Part shown: piece after piece, positions 56,937 to 64,000 of the stretch
Layout: every line of letters starts with the position of its first letter
Position numbering within the stretch: the stretch's first letter is position 1
Source of the DNA: Lytechinus pictus
Lineage: Eukaryota
DNA length: 64,000 bases
NCBI RefSeq assembly: GCF_037042905.1
Contig: NC_087252.1
Coordinates: forward strand, 24,926,001 to 24,990,000
Direction of reading: 5' to 3'
Position numbers and translations under genes: made by a program
The notes under the pieces: model-generated
What the model saw: only the letters and a program-made list of their open reading frames with translations
What the model was told of the DNA's origin: nothing
Databases searched by the model: none

Positions 56937-57839
56937 CCTCGTAAATCCCCAAGTTAAGGGAAAATATGTCATGAACACATAATACATGGCTTAGCATGTT
57001 ATCCCAAATAATTTGATACCATATTCATGTGGTATGTGTTAACGCTTGGATGATCAGGAGGTACTCTTTGCAGTGATGTAAATTTTGATTTGCGCCAAAC
57101 TAATACCTTGGTCACATTTGTTCTACGCCGGCCGTACGGCGAGTCGAAAACAGCCGTTTTAACATTTGTTTGTACCAGCTACTTATAGGTGGTTTTAGCA
57201 TGTTTAGTAAAAATGAATAAAACGGGTGTTTCCGACTCGCCGTACAGCAAATGTGACCGTGGTATAAGGCACGACTGCAATGAATGAATCGATCTAGATG
57301 TCAATGATCGTCGTGATCCTACAGGGGTTGCATTAAAATCCATTTCACTTTTTAAGGGATTTGCAATTTAATTGTTTTAATAAACACTTTTTTTCTGTCA
57401 ATTCTCAAGTTAATTTCATTGAAAAGGGATTTGCAAATATGATTAATACCGTGGTCACATTTGTTCTACGGCGGCCGTACGGCGAGTCGAAAACAGCCGT
57501 TTTATCAATTTTGAATCAAACCACCTATATGTAGTTGGACAAAAAATGTTAAAACGGCTGTTTTCGACTCGCCGTACGGCCGCCGTAGAACAAATGTGGC
57601 CATGGCATAAGCACTCACGTAGGATTATGACAACATATTGGCATCTGGGGTACATTCTTTGCAGTCATGCCTTACTTTGGCGCAAAAAATTACATCACTG
57701 CAAATAATACCTTCAGCGTGAAGACATACCACAAAAATATGGTATCAAATTATTTGCCGGGAGAAAATGCTCTTTCCATCCATATATAATGATTAGTCGT
57801 TCATGACATGTTTTTTTCTTAAATTGGGGATTTATGAGG
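56937..57839. mobile_element. Long-TIR foldback element with two nested PIF/Harbinger-like MITEs (57104-57264, 57447-57607)
   Basis: CCTCGTAAATCCCCAA...TTGGGGATTTATGAGG arms; inserts flanked by TAA duplications. Confidence 0.75.
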
Positions 57840-57884
57840 TGTCAATTTTTTTTTTACTCACACGGTATATATATCATGAATTAT

Positions 57885-59027
57885 ACCCAAGGAATTTGAA
57901 TCAATAGAGAAAAATAAAAAAAATATGATGCTGAATATTTCATTAAAATCGGATGTAAAATAAGAAAGCTATGACAGTTTGAGGTTTCGCTTATTTTTCA
58001 CAAAATTATATGCACAATTTAGTCTTTCATTGTTTGAATTATACAATATTTCAATTTTTACAGATTTGACGATAAGGAACAACTTGACTGAACGTACCAA
58101 AAATGTTAAAGGGGAATCCAGCCTTTGCCAGTAAATGTTGTGTTGGGAAGGAGAAAAATAAATTAAACAGAATGGTGAAAGTTTGAAAGAAATCGGACAA
58201 GCAATAACAAAGTTATAGCTGCTTTAAAATTGAGATCACTAATACTATGTAGATTTCAAATTGGCAACTGGGTAAGTAAATTATGACAAGGGGCAAGGAC
58301 AACTTTCCCATAGGCCATGTACTTTATTATCAGGGATTTGTGGTTTTTTCTTAAGTACCCATTCCCCTGGGGCAGTAATCTAAATATTACCCAGGTAGTA
58401 TATTGTTTTATGTCCTCATGAAAGAAAAATATAATTTGAAATAAAACTTTTGGGAAAAATGACATTTTAGCCATAATATGTATTGGAGTACATGGAAGAG
58501 TAGTCCTTGCCTTACATCACTATGACATCCCATGTGCGGCCAATTTGAAGTCTCCATGGGTATAGTGATTACCAATATTCACAACTTTTAAAAATTCATA
58601 ACTTTCTTGTTATTTGTCCAATATTGTTCAAACTTTCACCTATCAACTTGTCTGAGTTTTCTTTTTCTTATAAAAAAAAGTTTTTATTTGGGTGGGATTC
58701 CCCTTTAAACAATGGTATTCCACATGTTCAGTGAGAAATAAAACTTTGTTTCAAAGGACAATGGGGAGAAAATTATATAGAATATTTCATATGAAATGCG
58801 AAAAAAAATAGTGGGTGAGTGATGTCATCAGGTCCCTCATTTGCAGACCAACTTGTATGCGCATATAACTGTTTTTTTTTTAATAATTAAGCGAAACTAT
58901 AGAATGTCATAACTTTTTTATTTCACATCTGATTTTGATGAAATTTTCAGCATTATGCATGCATGTTGGATTAATTTTTCTCTTTTTATTCAAATGAACT
59001 TTTTGTTGGGATGGTCTTGTTCTTTAA
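57885..59027. mobile_element. Family-C MITE (reverse orientation) with a nested TTAA MITE at 58106-58708
   Basis: Host sequence resumes in register after TTAA-AGGGGAATCC...GGATTCCCCT-TTAA. Confidence 0.8.
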
Positions 59028-59744
59028 ATGGAATATCAGGTATACAAATATGTTTCTAATAGAAGTGGGTATGAATTCATATGTCTGATGATATATCCAA
59101 CGCACAAGTAAAATCGCTTTCATTTTTTATGAAAATGAAAGTGGCATTTTGGGGGAATTTATATTACCTAATGTAAATATAAAAGCGGCTGCTCGTCAGT
59201 GACGTCACAAAATGAAAATTAAAAGGTATGACTCTCCGTTTTGCTTTGACAGAATCATCAAATCTTCATCTCTATGTTTCTTTATTTTTTAAAACCGATT
59301 ATTACCTTTAATAAATTAAAAACTGTTCCGCACCCGCGCATTGCTAATAAGCTTAATTTGTGCAGGCCTTGGAAATAAAGGATCCGGGTTTGTGTGTGTG
59401 TGTGTGGGGGGGGGGGGTCTCCTGATCTGAGAGAATTCACCCATGCAGTACGTGCACACACAAATTAAAAAGGGGAGGGGGTAATTTGTTTGACTGGGTG
59501 AAACATTGGGTGGATTCAGACCCCACGGATCAGGTTAATCTTGGCCCCACTGCATCCCTGTTGAGATTGCGGTCATATAAATGTTACCTCGCACTATCTC
59601 ATTTTATTTTTTTTTCTCTTCAGTTTTTTTAGGGGGGCCGGGGGGGGGGGGGGGGCAGGTAACTGCTTTTAAGTTCTTGCCCCAGTACTGGCCAGATTGC
59701 CGTTTTACCTCATGTTATTTCATTAAAAAAAAGCCTTTTCTTTA

Positions 59745-59822
59745 GTTTATTTTTATTGATTTATTGATTGACTGATTTATTTATTGATTTATTTATTCAT
59801 TTATTTATTTATTTATTTATTT

Positions 59823-59861
<39 letters not shown>

Positions 59862-59898
59862 TATTTATTTATTTATTTTATTCATTTATTTATTTATT
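59745..59898. repeat. (ATTT)n/(ATTG)n microsatellite
   Basis: Direct reading. Confidence 0.9.
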
Positions 59899-60429
59899 GT
59901 TATAATTTTTTTTTGGGTATAACTGTTGCTTCTTTTGGGGTTAGAACCCCGACTTGTTCAATTGTTATTTGGGGAATCATGGAACATGACCGTATTACGT
60001 ACCCCCCCCCCCCCCACAGGTTCCACGACTATATAGGGAGAACAGGTGAGGGACTGTATGCCAATATCAATCACACAATTTGGTTTTTGAAGGTCAACAA
60101 TTTTCTCGCTTGCCTCACTTTCTCGGTAAATTTTGTTACACATGTCACATATTGGACCCCTCTTTTTGGCTCGTTATAACCCCCCCCCCCCTCGAAACTG
60201 CCCCTTGTCTTTGTCGAGTCTCTTCAAACCAGTCTTTGTCTTTTTTAAGGAGATTGGAACTCTGTCCGTTCCTTTTGATAACTTGAAAAGTGAAACGAAA
60301 CAAAAGTGTAGGGAATCGGATGGTAGCTCCCCGCACGAGACACCCCCACCCCCCCCCCCCGAAGAGAGAGAGAGAGAGAGAGAGAAATCACGATATTTAG
60401 GGGGGGGGTGTGGTCGAAATTTAGCTCAA

Positions 60430-61060
60430 TAATGCATGCAGTTTGCATTGGATCATGTGATATTGCTGCTGCGTGAATAGTACTGCTGCAATCGTCTAAG
60501 ACATTTTTTCTTGTAAGTAATTTTTCTTTTCCTAGCAGTTTTGGGGTATAAAGTTTTTACATTGTATGGTTGCCTAGCCTATTTTTGCATGTGGTTCTAT
60601 AGATTTCTATTTGTTTTTCATTGCTATAGATGATGAATGTTGGTGTTAATTTCCGAATCCGAGGTCGAACTTTTCTTTTTCGAGAGGAGGCAAGCCCACC
60701 GGTGTCCCACAGGAGCACATTCTGATCTCTACTTTGTCAGTGCGTGCGATTTCTTTTACACGCGAATGAGTTGTGTGAATCACGTTTTTGTGATGGATGT
60801 ATCGTAATTGCACATGATCTGAATTTCAAGTTATTTCAATAGGAGTTGTAGATGTCGGGTGTGAGTGATTTATAGTCTGCTCTGTTGCTCTGCTCATTTC
60901 TTATTTAAAGACAGTGCAAGACAAATCCTGAGCCTTGCTCTTTTGTTTCTATATGTAAAATTTATCAAACCACTTTTTCTGCGTATCCACTGGATCTCGC
61001 AGTTCTCCAGGACTGGAGGAAATCAACAGAAGAAGAAGAAGAAGAAGGTGAGAAGTCAGC
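60430..61060 (+). promoter_or_regulatory. Probable ATP6V1A promoter / 5' UTR exon region with M-box motifs
   Basis: TCATGTGA at 60453-60460 and CACATGA at 60811-60817; CpG-enriched, apparently non-repetitive DNA; candidate donors at 60513, 60861 and 61048. Confidence 0.45.
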
Positions 61061-61378
61061 AGAATTAGCCTGGAGGCGTCTGGGGAGTAAAATTATTTTT
61101 ACTATACGTAGGCTTACTCAGACTTACTCCCCATGCCTGGGGCTGGGCCTGGCACGGCAAGGCATTGCCGGCATTGCCATTGGGCCACACGAAGGAGAGT
61201 TTTTGGAGAAAACAATGTTGCTCCAAAATACTTGATTTGTTTAACTTGCTTATCACACAATTTTGTAAATGGAAAAGAAGATCATTTTCCCCCATTAGGC
61301 GCTCATAAAGGTTTTTTTACATGAAAAATAATACAAATAGTAAGAAAAATCATTGTAAGGAGATGAGCAGATACTCAC

Positions 61379-61396
61379 CGATGATCTTGTCGCCAT
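61379..61396 (-). CDS. Candidate first coding micro-exon of a minus-strand gene (MATRSS|)
   Basis: Minus strand reads gaaat ATG GCG ACA AGA TCA TCG|gtgagt; no downstream exon recognised in the window. Confidence 0.3.
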
Positions 61397-62189
61397 ATTT
61401 CCTTCTTTGTTCGTAGCCTAGTTACAAGACCCGTATAAGAGAGGGCGACAATATCATGAGCAGTGCCAATTTAAAAAATAAAAAAAACTTCTATCGGCTG
61501 ATGAATATCGTGAATTGTAAAATACTTGCATTAGCTCATAAATATTTATTGGCTAATGCAAGTAATACAATTCACGATTATCATCGGCCGATTGAATTCA
61601 AGGAGAGATTGAATGCATACAAGCTTCGGACTGACTCGGCTTCAACTTCAAACCAAATAAACAATGAGTCGTCCGACTAAAATAGGCGACTTTTGTCGTC
61701 GCGATTGGCGACCAGAACAAATTGAACAAGAGTGAAGAAAAAGAAATGCCGAGGCCAGCGCCAGTAAATCAAGTTCAACCAGGACAGAAAAAAATAATTA
61801 AGAGCAAAAGAATTTTTGAAAAAAAATCGGGCAAGCAGTTTTTTCTATCGGTCAAGCAAATTTTTTATCACTTGCCCAACAGGGCAAGTGATAAAGTGGT
61901 TTTTGTCTTCTATATTTTTGTCTTGTTGTCATGTTCATCTTTTCATACAAATTTAAAAAAAAATCTTTTTAAATCCAGAGCAACTACAGGGGCCACGGAA
62001 CAGTTTTGAAAGTGTGTGTGTGTGGAGGGGGGGCTGACCATGCAAAAAACCACAATCAGATGGTAATTTGTATGTTATTGTACATGGTTTGGGAAAAAAG
62101 TGCGGGGGGGGGGGGGGCTGAAGCCCCTCCAGCCCCCTGGATCCGGGCCTCTGAACTAGTACTGATTTTCAGTATAAAGTACTGGTACT

Positions 62190-62763
62190 GAAAAATGAGA
62201 GGAATACTTTCATGCAAAATTACTAATTTCCTGTGAAAATTTCATCAAAATCGGATAACAAATAACGAAGTTATTGAATTTAAAGTTTATCAATATTTTA
62301 TGAACACAGTTATATGCACATCATCATGAATATTCATTAGGTGGGCTGATAATGTCACATTCCCACTTTCCTTTTTCTTATGTTATTACATGGAATAATA
62401 AATGTTTCATTTTTTCATACATGTGTAAATGATGTGTATCCATTATGATGGAAAAAGTTGCGGCAATAAATAACTAATTAATCAGTTGTCCATCCATATG
62501 TTTTATTTCTTGGTAGACAAGTTTTGAATAAACCTAATTCATATAATATGATACAAAAGAACAAGTGGGGATATGACATCAGCCCAGCTAATGAATATAT
62601 TCTAGTATGCCTAGAACTGTTTCACCAGAATAATACAAATCTTTAAAATTCAATAACTCTGTTATTTGTTATCGATTTCGATCAAATTTTCAGCATTTTG
62701 CTTTGTGAATTTTACTTAATTTATAGAGATATTAAATATCTCCAACCTGGACCATCACTATAA
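62190..62763. mobile_element. MITE family B directly upstream of the ATP6V1A acceptor
   Basis: Colinear with 12107-12703; ends CCTGGACCATCACTATAA. Confidence 0.8.
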
Positions 62764-62829
62764 GGATCTCTTAATTTTTTTTTTTATACATTTCCAGAAC
62801 TGAAGTTGAAGGAGTGATATCATTCCAAC

Positions 62830-62896
62830 ATGGATAAAGTAGCGGATAATGAAAAGGAGAGCAAGTATGGTTACGTCTTTGCTGTCTCTGGACCTG
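62830..62896 (+). CDS. ATP6V1A: First coding exon of V-type proton ATPase catalytic subunit A (exon starts 62798; gene continues beyond window)
   Basis: Pyrimidine tract and ccag acceptor, in-frame upstream TGA, AAC-ATG, then MDKVADNEKESKYGYVFAVSGP G|gtaagc. Matches the conserved V-ATPase A N-terminus (ESxYGxVxxVSGPVV). Confidence 0.9.
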
Positions 62897-63034
62897 GTAA
62901 GCGTTTCTATAAAATTGATATCTGTTAGACTTTTCAGCAGTAATGATGAGTGCTTGAAGTAGTGGAATCATACTTTTTTACAGGAATACATGTGCATGTG
63001 ATGTAAAAAGCTTGTAAGATGAAAAAGTTTCTGT

Positions 63035-63200
63035 TGCTGATGCTGAGCGATAGGCTGATGCTGCTGCTGCTGATGATGATGGTGATGATGATGATGATGA
63101 TGGTGGTGATGATGATGATTGATGATGATCATCATCATCATGTTCTGGTGATGATCGATATGATAGCGATAATGATAATGACGATAGTGATGATGGTAAT
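63035..63200 (+). repeat. (GAT/GCT)n microsatellite in ATP6V1A intron
   Basis: Direct reading. Confidence 0.9.
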
Positions 63201-64000
63201 GCTGTAATTTGAAGGCATTGAATACTGAATAGTGGTTTTGATGTTGACAGTTCACAAACTACATTATGTACATGTACCTACATACATGTAGAAATGATAC
63301 TTGACATCATTTTCCATTATCAAAATATGATGCAAATAAAAATGTAAGAAATCGATACTTATGCCCCACTTGTAAAAATGTCCTATCTTAAAAAAGAGAC
63401 ATGATGTCATACTGAAAAAGTGTTGCCTTTTTTCTCAATTATGTATTTAATTTGTCAGTATGAATTACTTTTCTCAATCAAAATTTTTTAATTTTTATTT
63501 TGGGGGGCTACTTTACACAACTTACTGCTTAAAAATCTGCAACATTGGATAAGCTTTAACGTTGCAATGAATGGGGATTACCAGGGTTCCCTGTGTAATT
63601 TTCCCCTGACTTTTCTATGAAGAATATCCATGATACGTGAACAGACATGCCAACTGCTTTATGTGTCCCTCTTTTTTAATACACCAATACCTTTTTTTGT
63701 TTTGTTATTTTGTTACTTTAAAAAAAATTTCCAATCATGGAGTATGTATTATACACAGCGCATGACCCTAGCGCCGGTCCGACGGTCCCAGACCGGTAAA
63801 AATCGCTGTCAGGCCAGTAACTTGTTGCATGAAAAGAACAAGTAAATTCTTGCCTAAGAGCACATCTGTTTAAAATGGTGAATTATCAAGTTTTCGAGTA
63901 GAGTCATTTCACATTTTTTTTCACTGATCTCACTACAACAGGCTGGCGATTGTTACGTTGAAACAAATTTTTAAAAATACTCTTTTTTGTTGTGTTTTTT

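Noticed and set aside
60627..60728. Possible C/D-box snoRNA (ATGATGA at 60630, CTGA at 60722)
   Set aside because: The terminal stem is poor, there is no clear C' box or recognisable rRNA guide, and ATGATGA is very common in this genome. An Rfam/snoscan search would settle it.

Overview
AT-rich, repeat-dense animal genomic DNA; the repeat style and gene content suggest a marine invertebrate deuterostome, probably a sea urchin (inference only). Bases 12-52119 (+) hold the 3' 40 coding exons of one very large extracellular mosaic gene whose 5' end lies upstream of the window. Hand-splicing at GT-AG sites gives one uninterrupted frame of 7223 nt (about 2400 aa) with 29 LDL-receptor class A (LDLa) modules and 10 divergent, mostly cysteine-free CUB-like domains. 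The order is L-C-L3-C-L-C-L-C-[L4-C-L3-C]x3-L2-stop, and no transmembrane segment, protease domain, EGF or YWTD propeller is visible. 38 of the 39 introns are phase 1. Introns are filled with TTAA-flanked MITEs, Helentron-type (HINE-like) elements, tRNA-derived SINEs, LINE 3' ends and strand-biased (GAT)n arrays. Several exon/intron junctions have been tandemly duplicated, leaving decoy splice sites. At 62830-62896 (+) is the first coding exon of the V-ATPase catalytic subunit A gene (ATP6V1A). It is preceded by a likely promoter region with M-box motifs and a candidate minus-strand start exon. Most ORF-track entries are microsatellite or intron read-through artefacts.
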